Assembly: GCA_965215885.1 (NCBI GenBank)
Contig: CBDCEW010000105.1
Span: 224,001 to 288,000, forward strand
Source: Candidatus Moanibacter sp.
GTDB taxonomy: Bacteria; Verrucomicrobiota; Verrucomicrobiia; Opitutales; UBA2987
DNA: 64,000 nucleotides
Direction: 5' to 3'
Below, piece after piece: positions 1-10,227 of the stretch. The position numbers and the translations under genes are program-made. Each line of letters begins with the position of its first letter. Positions within the stretch are counted from its first letter, which is position 1. Under the pieces are notes generated by a model. It did not search any database, had not been told where the DNA came from, and was given only the letters and a program-made list of their open reading frames with translations.

Positions 1-262
1 CTTCTCCGATCTTCTAAATCCAAGTCTCTTGCCAATAGCTTTCACTTTCTTTCTTATCCTGTTCATTCTCCCACTTTACTCACCTACTCCCTCTGCACAA
101 GTTCTATCCAAATCGGCTCCGATTGCGACCAGGACCTTCGAGTCAGCATCCACCCAATCATAATCGTAATCGAAAATCGAGACCATCGACTACGACTACA
201 ACAACGACCTTCGAATGGATATCGACCCAATCCGCGTTGCGAAATCTGTAGTCGCGTTCGCA

Positions 263-686
263 CTATGACGCCGCGGGAAATCTGCTTCGCAGGAAGATCA
301 CGGTAACTGTCGACACCGACAACGATTTCATGGACGTCGGTTTTGAGACGCCGAATTTCGGAAGGCTTTCCCGCGACGGGACGGCCGATTTCGACAGCGA
401 CGGGCAGATCGATCTGGCGGAATTTCTCGCCGAAACCGATCCGACGAATGGAGCCTCCGCCCTAAGGGTAAGCGGCGGTTCAACATCCGGCGCGGACAGC
501 ATTACGATCACCTGGAACGCGGTTTCCGGGAAGCGTTACAGCTTGCAGTATAAAGACGACCTGGCGAATCCGCAATGGTTCGACCTCCCCGGGGACATCA
601 CCGCTACCGGTTCGTCCGCCTCAAAGCTGGATGACTCCATAACGGGCCTGAGGCATCGCTTCTACCGGGTCATCCTTCTCCCTTAG
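263..686 (+). pseudogene. 5'-truncated paralogue of the YD-repeat/surface-domain gene at 5974-6594
   Basis: DNA from 263 (ctatgacgccgcgggaaatc) aligns with 6171 onward through the stop codon and downstream palindrome. The signal peptide and first YD repeat are missing. Confidence 0.8.
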
Positions 687-751
687 CCCCGGACATTTTA
701 CACCCTTCGTAGCGAGATCCCGGCACGCCGGGAATTGCTGCGGCTCAAACT

Positions 752-800
752 CCATTGCCCTATGTTCGTATTTCGGCGAAATACGAACATAGGGCAATGG
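752..800. repeat. Perfect 49-bp palindrome (24-bp arms, 1-nt centre)
   Basis: CCATTGCCCTATGTTCGTATTTCG-G-CGAAATACGAACATAGGGCAATGG; related copies at ~6662, ~7269 and ~61196. Confidence 0.9.
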
Positions 801-1511
801 GGATCAATTCTGATTGGAACTAAGGTAGGGAGACCTAACGAGAACCAAGCCACAGTAGCGCGGCGCTTTAGCCCGCGTCGATGCTAACCGTCCTCGTACT
901 CGTGATTTAAAAACTCTAAAATCGAGAACGATTACGAGCACGAGAACGAGAACTTCACTGGACCACAGATCACATATGGCACAGATATTACCCTACCGAT
1001 TCACTCCCCATCTCGTTGAGTCTGCTGTGCAGCCGATCCGAGGTACTCCGGAGTCCTGGCAGGGTTTTCCCCTCTCCTCCCTTTGCGTCTTTGCGGCTTC
1101 TCGACAGGGCGTAGTGCCGCTTGCGGGTCGAAGACCGTTGCGTGAGAATTCTTTCCTCTTTCTTTCCGTTTCCCCTGTCCAGCTCCGAGATCACATATGG
1201 ATCTGTTTCCTTCTGTTTAATTCTTTCTTCCCCGCAAGGACCTACCAGTCGTAGCCGTCCCGCTCAGCGGGTCGAAGGGTTCTCACTTTTCCCACTTTCG
1301 CGTATTTTCGCGTTTTTAGCGGGCAAACTACCAGAACGAGCCAGACCACCACCCGAAGTTATTAGTTCGACTTTCCCCAAGAAATCCAGTAACGCTCCGT
1401 TCGTCTTGAATTACGATCTTGCTACTGCTTCCCTTCCCATAAAGCTTCCTCAAATCAAACTCTGATGGCCGCTTTCCCCCGATCAGAAAACTCCCACCTC
1501 AGCGTCGGTTA

Positions 1512-4500
1512 ATGCGCAAGTTCACCCTCCTTGTCGTCTCGGCCTCCCTGCTGAGCGGGGTCGCAACCGTTCAAGCACACTTCTGTGGACTCTTAGACAT
1601 TCAACCACCTCTAGCCACTCCAATCACTTTAGCCGTAGGTGATCGCGCTAAGTTCTTCATCATCGCCGATATTCTGGATGAGTCGCAGGAATCGGAGTAT
1701 AGTATCGTCAACAGTACCGACACTTCCAAGGCTTCCGTCATATTGACAAGCGCCACCGCCTTCGCCTTCGGCGAATACATCATCAAGGGCCTGAGCCCCG
1801 GGCAGACGACGCTCACTCTGTCCTGGGAATACGAACCGACCCTCCAATCGGATACCTGTCTCGTAGAAGTTACCGTGGTGGACGCAGCCACGGCGGATCC
1901 ATCCACTGCATCGAATTTCGAACAGTCCGGCACGTCCAATGGCCCGGTCAACACCCACACGGGTGAGCTGACGATGGTGGAGGATCCGGATCTCTTTCTC
2001 GGGGGACCGCTACCTCTCTTCTTCCAGCGCTACTATGCCTCCGGACTATTGGACGACAACCTCGTCTTGAGCAGCCTCGGGATCAACTGGATGCACAACT
2101 TCGAGTTGAGCCTCTTGCATATCGGAAATGAGATCGATATCGCATTTCTGGGGGGTCGAAAGATCCAGTTCCAGTTAAATATGAGCGAATGGGAGCTGGT
2201 CGGAACCAGTGATATACCTTTTCAGCTGGTGGCCAGCGGACCGGACTTTCTGCTGGCGGACCCGAGAACACACATCATCTACCAATTCGACAGCGGGGGA
2301 AAACTGATCTCGATTGCAGACCGCAACGGCAACGCCCTCACTCTTACCTACAACAATAATCTCTTAACCCAGGTCTTCGATAGTCTCGGCCGAGTTTTAA
2401 CATTCAACTACGCGGGCGCTCAGGTGTTGAACAGCGTCAGTGACGGAACTCGCACCATCATATTGGGGAATATCTTTGGGGAGCATGTCGCTGTAATCGA
2501 TGCGGAGAATAAGAACACGAGCTATAACTTCCCTTTCATGCCCGCCATACCTGGTCTGCTGAATTCCGTTCAGCGTCCGGAATTCAATATACCATTCACC
2601 CAGACCTACGACGCCAACGGACGCGTCCTGACCCAGGCCGATTCTGACAACGATACCTTCTCTTTTAGTTATGTCGGGTCCGAAACCACCATCAAGGATC
2701 CGGAGACGAACACGGTTGTTCATACCCACGATGCCAACGGCCGATTGATCTCGGTGGAGGACCAGACAATGGCTACGGCGACGTTTGGTTACAATGCCGA
2801 TGGGCAGCGCACGACGATCACTGACCGACTCAACGACACCACCATGATCACCTATCATTCCCCCTCGGGACGACCCGCCTCATTTACCGACGCCGAAGGA
2901 AACAACACCCAATTCGCCTATCAGGAGCAGACGCACGCATCCGGCCTCAAGTTCCACGATCTGACGCAGGTGATATTTCCGGATGGGACGGACATCGAGT
3001 TCACCTACGATTCGGCGGGCAATGTCCTCACTGCTACCGACCAGGCGGAGAAGACCACCACTATGACTTATAACAGCCGAGGGCAGGTCCTAACAGTGAC
3101 GAATCCGACCAGCGGCCTCACCACTTTTACCTATGATGAAGACGCCATGGACACTGATGGAAACTTGGCGACCATTACCGACCATTTCAACAACATGACA
3201 TCATTCACCTACGATGCCCTCGGGCGTTTGACTCGCACGGATCTACCGGATTTTACCTTTCAGCAGTACACTTACGACAACAATGACCGTCTCGTCAATT
3301 TCACGGATGAACGCAGCAAAGTCACGACCTTCACCTACGATGATAACGGTAATCTCGAAACAGCAACCGACCCGTTGAATCAGGTCACTAACTATGCCTA
3401 CGATGGGAATGATCGGTTGATGGAGATCGACGGACGCAGACCGGGGAACGCCGATCTCAGGCGCTACGACTACGATTCGTTCGGACGTCTCAACTCTCTT
3501 ACCAACCAGGCAAACGAGAACACAGCGATCGGCTACGATTCGCGTGGGTTTGCCACTACCGTTACGGATCCCGACGGAAAGACCGCCACCAACGGATTCG
3601 ACGCCGAGGGAGTCTTGAGCAGCTTCACAAACCGATTGAACAAGACCTGGAATTTTCAGACCGATAAGCTGGGCCGCCTCGTCGAGGTCACCTCCCCTCT
3701 CACCCACCAACAGAGATTCACCTACGACCCGCTCGGACGAGTGACGGAGTTTCAGGATTCCCTCGCGCAGATCACGACTTTCGCCTATGACGAGCGCGGA
3801 TCAATCACCCGCGCGGTTCTGCCAAACGGGGCCAGCACGGCATACGAGTACAGCGATCTGGGCCGACTGACCAAAGTGACCGATCCGAACGGGAATGACT
3901 GGGCCTTCAACTACAATGCGAAGGGTCAGATTACTCTCGTAAATGACCCCTTCCTGCGTTCGATCGTATACGGCTACGATGCCCGCAGCCGAATTGATGA
4001 AGCGTTCGCTCCTCTGGGAAACGTCACTTTTACTTACGATGACGCCGGAAACCTGACCCAGCACAACTACACCGACGGTACGATCTACGACTACGCCTAT
4101 GACGACGCCAATCGCCTCCTTACCGCGGATGGACTTACTGCCGCCTACGACGAGCGGGGGCTTCTGGTAGAGAGCAACGGCTTGAATATCACTCGAGACG
4201 TCGTTGGGCGCATCGAGACCATCACCTATGCCGCCGGCAAAACGGTCACCTATACCTATGACAACCGCGGTCTCCTCTCCCAGGTGATGGATTGGGTAGC
4301 GGGAAATCCCACCACCTTCACCTACGATGACGCCGCGCGTCTCTCAACAATCACACGGCCCAATGGCGTTACCACCACCTATACCTACGACGACGACGGA
4401 AGGCTCTCCGGAGTGTCCGAAGACGATTCCGGGGGAAACCTCTCTTCGATCACTTTGACCCGCGATGGGGAGGGCCGCATCACGGCAGCGAACCGGAATG

Positions 4501-5597
4501 TGCCGCTCGGTTTGAATCTGAGTAACTCCGAAGAGCTATTCACCTACGATGCCGCCCACCAGGTGTCGGGTGGAGGATTTACTTATGACCTTATGGGGCG
4601 AGCCACGAGCGACGGAGCGCGTACCTATCCCTGGGATCTGAGCAACCGCCTCACTTCCATCGACAACAGCGGGAACATCGCTGCACACACCTATGACGGT
4701 TTGGGCAATCTCATCTCGCGCACCGAGGGTGGCGCGACACTGGACTTCGTCCTCAACTATGCCCTCGGCCTCCCCTCGCTGAGCGTTGTGCGACAATCGA
4801 GCACAGACCTGGACTACTTCATATACACTCCCGGAGGTCTCCCTCTACACTGTATCGAGCCCAACGAGAATCGCGAATTTTATCACTTCGATGAAGCGGG
4901 GAACGCCCTCTTTATCTCCGACAATTCCGGCACGATCACTGACCGGTTTGCCATCACCCCATACGGGGAGATCGTCCAGCAGACCGGTAGCAGCGATGCT
5001 CCCTTTACCTTCGGCGGAGCCTTCGGGATCGTCAGCGTCGAAAATAACCTCTACTACATGCGCAAACGTTTCTACAATCCCACCACAGCCGCCTTTCTCT
5101 CCCAAGACCCGGTAAAGTCCTACACTCCGCGAAGTGTGAATCCCTATCAGTACGCCTTTGGAAATCCACTCCTCTTTGTGGATGCGAATGGGCTGGCGCC
5201 AATAAACTCCAATCGCGGACCTAGTGCGCTAGAGAATAACCCACCACCATCAATCCGAGACCTTGGATTGGTGTTCTTTGCCCCCCTCGATCCACGAAGA
5301 GACATCGCGGATAGACCAGAATTCCATGTGCCAGATCGGTGCTTGTTCGAAACGATTGATGGTTCGGGTTCGTTTAACCAGATATGTTTTGGCCCTACTA
5401 CGTTCGACGTAAGATATACTTATGCGTCCATATCAGCAATTGATGTTGCTGACCCGCTGGGCTTGGTTTACTTTATTTCTTTCGAAGGCACGAGCACTCT
5501 CGGCGATTCCTCCAGTTTTGCGATTTCAAGGTCGGACTTCGACAGCATTCAATCTGGATACAGGCAGAATTGGAATCGAGTGGGGGGGGGATTCTAG
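1512..5597 (+). CDS. Secreted RHS/YD-repeat protein (signal peptide, DUF6531-like region, YD repeats, RHS core)
   Basis: N-terminal MRKFTLLVVSASLLSGVATVQA signal; GPVNTHTGEL..LFFQRYY DUF6531-like segment; many YD repeats; core motif YYMRKRFYNP..FLSQDP..NPYQYAFGNPLLFVDANGL. Confidence 0.93.
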   Translation: MRKFTLLVVSASLLSGVATVQAHFCGLLDIQPPLATPITLAVGDRAKFFIIADILDESQESEYSIVNSTDTSKASVILTSATAFAFGEYIIKGLSPGQTTLTLSWEYEPTLQSDTCLVEVTVVDAATADPSTASNFEQSGTSNGPVNTHTGELTMVEDPDLFLGGPLPLFFQRYYASGLLDDNLVLSSLGINWMHNFELSLLHIGNEIDIAFLGGRKIQFQLNMSEWELVGTSDIPFQLVASGPDFLLADPRTHIIYQFDSGGKLISIADRNGNALTLTYNNNLLTQVFDSLGRVLTFNYAGAQVLNSVSDGTRTIILGNIFGEHVAVIDAENKNTSYNFPFMPAIPGLLNSVQRPEFNIPFTQTYDANGRVLTQADSDNDTFSFSYVGSETTIKDPETNTVVHTHDANGRLISVEDQTMATATFGYNADGQRTTITDRLNDTTMITYHSPSGRPASFTDAEGNNTQFAYQEQTHASGLKFHDLTQVIFPDGTDIEFTYDSAGNVLTATDQAEKTTTMTYNSRGQVLTVTNPTSGLTTFTYDEDAMDTDGNLATITDHFNNMTSFTYDALGRLTRTDLPDFTFQQYTYDNNDRLVNFTDERSKVTTFTYDDNGNLETATDPLNQVTNYAYDGNDRLMEIDGRRPGNADLRRYDYDSFGRLNSLTNQANENTAIGYDSRGFATTVTDPDGKTATNGFDAEGVLSSFTNRLNKTWNFQTDKLGRLVEVTSPLTHQQRFTYDPLGRVTEFQDSLAQITTFAYDERGSITRAVLPNGASTAYEYSDLGRLTKVTDPNGNDWAFNYNAKGQITLVNDPFLRSIVYGYDARSRIDEAFAPLGNVTFTYDDAGNLTQHNYTDGTIYDYAYDDANRLLTADGLTAAYDERGLLVESNGLNITRDVVGRIETITYAAGKTVTYTYDNRGLLSQVMDWVAGNPTTFTYDDAARLSTITRPNGVTTTYTYDDDGRLSGVSEDDSGGNLSSITLTRDGEGRITAANRNVPLGLNLSNSEELFTYDAAHQVSGGGFTYDLMGRATSDGARTYPWDLSNRLTSIDNSGNIAAHTYDGLGNLISRTEGGATLDFVLNYALGLPSLSVVRQSSTDLDYFIYTPGGLPLHCIEPNENREFYHFDEAGNALFISDNSGTITDRFAITPYGEIVQQTGSSDAPFTFGGAFGIVSVENNLYYMRKRFYNPTTAAFLSQDPVKSYTPRSVNPYQYAFGNPLLFVDANGLAPINSNRGPSALENNPPPSIRDLGLVFFAPLDPRRDIADRPEFHVPDRCLFETIDGSGSFNQICFGPTTFDVRYTYASISAIDVADPLGLVYFISFEGTSTLGDSSSFAISRSDFDSIQSGYRQNWNRVGGGF

Positions 5598-5687
5598 AAG
5601 GTCTTCGCTCTATTCTATCGTCATTTCGTGAGACGCCGGTCAAGTTTTCGCGAAAATCGTCAGGAACCGCTAGACTGTTTTTTAATT

Positions 5688-5822
5688 CTCGGAGTGCTAT
5701 TTCCTCCGATCCGGTCGGTCTGTACTTTGACTCTCCTCAGAGTACTGCTTCCTCCGATCCTGACGGTCTATATTTTGGCTCTCCTCGGAGTGCTATTTCA
5801 TCCGATCCGATCGGTCTGTATC
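5688..5822 (+). repeat. Three tandem 48-bp coding repeats (16 aa, SxxSSDPxGLY)
   Basis: Units start at 5688, 5736 and 5784. Several differences between units are synonymous in the frame of ORF 5570-5860. Confidence 0.85.
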
Positions 5823-5973
5823 ATCCAACCAGTTTCGCGGATCCTATTCAGAGAAGGTGATTTCATCAAATTTTTATCCAGTCTATTATAAGCGCAGGCG
5901 AATGTCTAATAGGGTCTGTGATGAAAGATTGAATGAGAAGAGTTTGTTTCATTCTTGAATCGGGGTAACTTCG

Positions 5974-6594
5974 TTGAATACAAGAGGATCCAGAGTCGTG
6001 GCACTAAGCGAATTCGTGCAAAATCTGAAGTGGGCTGTCATCATGGCATTTCTGATCAACAATGCGCTGGGCCAGATTTCATTGCGAGCCGAAAACGTCA
6101 CCTACTCCTACGACACGGCGGGTCACTTGACCGGAGTCTTTTACGATGGAGGACAGAGCATCACGTATGTCTATGACGCCGCGGGAAATCTCCTTCGCCG
6201 GAAGATCACCGTAATCGTCGACACCGACAACGACTTCATGGACGACGGTTTCGAAACGGCAAACTTCGGAGGACTTTCCCGCGACGGGACGGCCGATTTC
6301 GACAGCGACGGCCAGAGCGATCTGGCGGAGTTTCTCGCCCAGACCGACCCGACCAACGGTTCGTCTTTGCTCCGCGTAAGCGGCGGTTCATCATCCGGCG
6401 CCGACAGCGTAACGATCACCTGGGACGCCGTTTCCGGGAAGCGCTACCGCCTCCAGTACAAGGACGACCTCACGAATCCGCAATGGTTCGACCTCTCCGG
6501 CGACATCACCGCTACCGGATCCTCCGCCTCAAAGCTCGATGACTCCATCATGGGCCTCAGGCAGCGCTTCTACAGGGTCATCCTTCTCCCCTAA
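5974..6594 (+). CDS. Small secreted YD-repeat protein with Asp-rich Ca-binding-like motifs and a C-terminal beta domain
   Basis: Hydrophobic leader; YSYDTAGHLT..YVYDAAGNLL; DTDND..DFDSDGQSDLAEF..TDP; ends W..D..FYRV. The true start is probably later than 5974. Confidence 0.8.
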   Translation: MNTRGSRVVALSEFVQNLKWAVIMAFLINNALGQISLRAENVTYSYDTAGHLTGVFYDGGQSITYVYDAAGNLLRRKITVIVDTDNDFMDDGFETANFGGLSRDGTADFDSDGQSDLAEFLAQTDPTNGSSLLRVSGGSSSGADSVTITWDAVSGKRYRLQYKDDLTNPQWFDLSGDITATGSSASKLDDSIMGLRQRFYRVILLP

Positions 6595-6661
6595 CCCGCA
6601 CATTTTACACGCTTCGTAGCGAGATCCCGGCAACCCAAGAAACGCTGCAGCTCAAACACCA

Positions 6662-6701
6662 ATTGCCCTATGTTCGTATTTCGGCGAAATACGAACATAG
6701 G
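6662..6701. repeat. Copy of the TATGTTCGTATTTCG palindrome
   Basis: Core CCTATGTTCGTATTTCG-G-CGAAATACGAACATAGG is identical to the copy at 752-800. Confidence 0.9.
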
Positions 6702-7268
6702 AGCCCGGAATCAGTCCTCCATTCAGATTCCGCGTCCACTTTCCTGTCCCGCTCCCTGGTGCGGCTACATATATCAACGACTTTAGGAGCACCGTCTCGG
6801 CTGTATTCCGTCCCCCACCCTCTTGACACGGCACAGCCCGAAGGACGTCGACGGTTGTCGTGGGGTAAGTTGCGGATTCGAGCTACATCAGATCAGCTTG
6901 AACATCAGCGAATCCCCCAGGCTTGTCCTGGGGATCGTTAGGTTTCATTGCTACCCGCCAAGCACATCATTTTGAACCTACGGTGATTAGGAACTCCAAG
7001 CGAGAGCGCACCCAATCGAGAACACGGAGCGAAGGAGCAGGAAAAACTGAGGCTCTCCGGTGCAACCGCCGGCGCACGATGGGCTATGGCGATTCAAGAG
7101 CCCGGAGGATCTCAGAGGTAAAGGGCCGTTTTGGGTAGCCGGAAGCCTAAATATCCCCAGCGCGGGGCCGGGGGATTTCCGGTTCCATTAAACAGGTACA
7201 AGCAGGAATCGCAGAAAAAGGTTTTTGAATTATACGGGTCCACTGCGTCATCGAGCAGCATTCCAAAC

Positions 7269-7321
7269 CCCTCTCGCCCTATGTTCGTATTTCGGCGAAA
7301 TACAAACATAGGGCGAGAGGG
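7269..7321. repeat. Copy of the same palindrome with different, still self-complementary outer arms
   Basis: CCCTCTCGCCCTATGTTCGTATTTCG-G-CGAAATACAAACATAGGGCGAGAGGG, one mismatch. Confidence 0.88.
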
Positions 7322-7704
7322 AAAAGAACCTGGGGCTATTTCAACGGAATCGATTCTGCCGTTATATTCCAAGGTTCCTGCCAACCGCTGTCAAAAGATC
7401 TGAACCCCGGCAAGCCGGGGTCCAGCTACAAAGATAACGTAAAACGTTGATAAATGTAGCCGGATCGCCTGTGGTGAGCACCGTCGAACTGCTGCGCGAT
7501 TCGGACGTTTTCCAAGGCATAGTGAGAAAACGGCATCTGATTCAGTTTCGGAATCTCTTTCAGCAGATTCGCTAATCGACCATCGACTACAACCTTCGAG
7601 TGGAAATTCAAGCAATCTTAGTCGTCGTCATAATCGTCGTCGAAAGTCGAAGGAATCAGTTTGGTCATCGGCCTGGCAGCCCGTCGGACTCTCTCCACAG
7701 GCTG

Positions 7705-10110
7705 CTACTCCATTAAGAAGCACCTGCCCCTGTCTGCTTCAAATGTATCTCTCACTCGGGGCATAAACCCGTCGCCGAGATCCGTGCGATACAGAGTATT
7801 CGAGATTGAGCGTTGGCCGTCCATCGCCTGAATCGGGAATCTATATATCGCGCCGTTTGTATCAATTCGGTAGGCGCCCGTCGCCTCACCGAGATCGCCT
7901 CCATTTATTTGTATCTCACCCAGCGTGGATAATGGACTAATACGAAGCCAGGGAACCGCTCTTCCGGAAGGTGTCATATCCCCAATGTAGAGAAAGTGAG
8001 TCACAGCGACATTTTCTGCCGTAACACCAACAACCCCTGAAGTGTCTACAAAATTGGCATTGGCCGCGTTAATACCACCGATTTCCAGAATGTCGCCCTC
8101 CTCACCCACCACCCTTATCAGTTTGATGTCGGCGACACCATTTACCGCCCCCGAAAATGTCCCCGCGGAATTCAGTGCGTTGTCAACGCGAGCAGGATCA
8201 TTGCCGAGGGAAAATACCGAGAACAATGTTAGCGCCGTCGGGTTTTCGATCGTGAACGAGGCGAGGCCTCTAACATAGAACGTTGCCGGCTGATCGTAGG
8301 GTGAGGGAATACCTTCTTCGTAATCATTCAAACCCACGGTAAGTGTGGTCTGGGGGCCATCGCTTCCAAATTCGGCAAAGATGAGGTCACCGCCTGGATC
8401 GAGGAATGAGATCCGGGTGATTTCTCCGGACCGGGAGGCGAAGGTCGCCTCCTTGTCCATCAACTCGAAGCCGTTGTAGATGTTGCCTTGAAATTCTGTC
8501 CTCTCGTCGACCAATCGAGCCGATCCCGACACCAGCAATTCCGATAAACTCGACTCAATTGCAATCAGTTCGCTGTTAACAGGCACGTCCTCAAAGATCT
8601 GATCAATACCACTCGGCCAGCGAACCACTACCCGTGAAACCGGTTCGCTCTGTCTCCCCAACCCGAAATGGGCCGTCAGTTCACTCTGGCTCAGGAAGTG
8701 GTTTCCCCCAGAAATCTCCCGCACCTGTTTCCCGCCACCCGCCAAAGCCTCCACCTTCACCACGGCCCCGATTCCGTCACGGTTGCAGATTTCGCCCACC
8801 GTCTTCACCCGAAGCCAACTATTTTCGTTTCCGCTATCGTTACGGTAAAGGACGGGATGACCCGCATTATTAATCACAAAAATGTCCAGATCCCCGTCCC
8901 GATCGTAATCGAAAGTCAGAAGACCCTTGCCCAAACCCTCATCGGACACTCCTGTCTCAGCCCCCACTTCCGAAAAGACGCCACCATCATTGCGCCAGAA
9001 CCGCATTGGCGTAATCAGCTCGAGTTCAGTTCCATGTGGGAAGCTCATCCCGTTTGTCATCACAAGATCGAGGTCTCCATCATTGTCGTAATCGAAAAAG
9101 GCCGCCCCCCAACCCCACGCTCCGTCGCGAACACCCGCCTCGTCGGTGACGTCCGCGAACCTGCGGTCTCCCAGGTTGCGGTAGAGCCGGTTGCCGTCGC
9201 GCTCAGAACCGGGTTCCGTTTCAAGTATGGAAGTAACGAACCAGTCGAGGATTCCATCTCCATCGTAGTCACCGATCGCCGAACCCATACCATTCCTGTC
9301 CGTCCCAACACCCGCCGCCATCGTGCCGTTTGCAAAAGTGCCGTCACCGTTGTTCCAGAAAAGCTGACTCGTTCCATAGTCTGCTGCCATCGCCAGGTCA
9401 GGCCAGCCATCAGCATCGAGATCGGCAAAACTCGATGTGAAGGCAAATTGGGTGACTTCCTGCCCGATTTCAACGCCGGCTTCCACCGTCACATTCTGAA
9501 AATGACCCGGAGCGCCAGACCCTTCATTTCTCAACAGCGCGGAGTGGACGCCGTTTTCAGAATCTGCCCAAGGCACGCCCCATTCCGTTGTATGAATATC
9601 CAGCCAACCATCCAGATCGTAGTCACCAAATGTCACACTGTATCCGTAGTGATCAAAAGCGCTCTGCAAATCAGCGCCTCGAATCTCCCCTTCTTCCGAA
9701 AAACCACCAGCACCGTCGTTGATGTAGAGATAAAACTGGGTTCCACCGATGACAGAGAGATAGAGGTCCAGATCACCGTCATTATCAATGTCACTCCAGG
9801 CCACGCCGTTTGTCCCCACATTATCCTGCAGGCCCGCTGATGCCGTAACATCTTCAAAACTGCCATCACCTCTGTTCCGGAAAAGGATTACTGAAGCATC
9901 AAGTCGAGTAACGGCCAGATCGACCCAACCATCCCTATCGTAATCTCCGGCTGCGGCCCCTCCACTCATGTAGAACTGGACCAGAGCCGCATCATCCGGC
10001 TCCACCCACTGAATGTAATCCAACCCGGCTGAGACCGTGACGTCCTTAAACACCTGCCCGCAAGCGCTTGAACATCCCAAAAACAATAGGGGTACCGTAT
10101 TTCTCAGCAC
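7705..10110 (-). CDS. CRTAC1-family protein (FG-GAP/VCBS repeats + ASPIC/UnbV) with an extra ~280-aa C-terminal domain
   Basis: Repeated DYDxDGxxDL motifs; NRDGIGAVV..SQSELTAHFGLG..VRWPSG ASPIC/UnbV signature. GTG start at 10110 chosen by analogy with the paralogue. Confidence 0.88.
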   Translation of the reverse strand: MLRNTVPLLFLGCSSACGQVFKDVTVSAGLDYIQWVEPDDAALVQFYMSGGAAAGDYDRDGWVDLAVTRLDASVILFRNRGDGSFEDVTASAGLQDNVGTNGVAWSDIDNDGDLDLYLSVIGGTQFYLYINDGAGGFSEEGEIRGADLQSAFDHYGYSVTFGDYDLDGWLDIHTTEWGVPWADSENGVHSALLRNEGSGAPGHFQNVTVEAGVEIGQEVTQFAFTSSFADLDADGWPDLAMAADYGTSQLFWNNGDGTFANGTMAAGVGTDRNGMGSAIGDYDGDGILDWFVTSILETEPGSERDGNRLYRNLGDRRFADVTDEAGVRDGAWGWGAAFFDYDNDGDLDLVMTNGMSFPHGTELELITPMRFWRNDGGVFSEVGAETGVSDEGLGKGLLTFDYDRDGDLDIFVINNAGHPVLYRNDSGNENSWLRVKTVGEICNRDGIGAVVKVEALAGGGKQVREISGGNHFLSQSELTAHFGLGRQSEPVSRVVVRWPSGIDQIFEDVPVNSELIAIESSLSELLVSGSARLVDERTEFQGNIYNGFELMDKEATFASRSGEITRISFLDPGGDLIFAEFGSDGPQTTLTVGLNDYEEGIPSPYDQPATFYVRGLASFTIENPTALTLFSVFSLGNDPARVDNALNSAGTFSGAVNGVADIKLIRVVGEEGDILEIGGINAANANFVDTSGVVGVTAENVAVTHFLYIGDMTPSGRAVPWLRISPLSTLGEIQINGGDLGEATGAYRIDTNGAIYRFPIQAMDGQRSISNTLYRTDLGDGFMPRVRDTFEADRGRCFLME

Positions 10111-10227
10111 TCTCCATCTGACCCGAATGAAATCGACCCTCTCAAAGAGGGAGTTGGCGGGATTTCTCTCGGTAATCGACGCTCGAAAGTGCCGTTTCTC
10201 CCCCCTTTCCTCTCCCATACTCTTCCC

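Noticed and set aside
752..800. Protelomerase site or LexA box
   Set aside because: Odd-centred symmetry, several internal copies and no protelomerase gene; the TGTTC..GAACA spacing is far longer than a LexA box.
5628..5891. Hydrophobic immunity protein for the Rhs
   Set aside because: Repeat-to-repeat changes are synonymous in the overlapping 5570-5860 frame, so this frame is probably a shadow. Not fully excluded.
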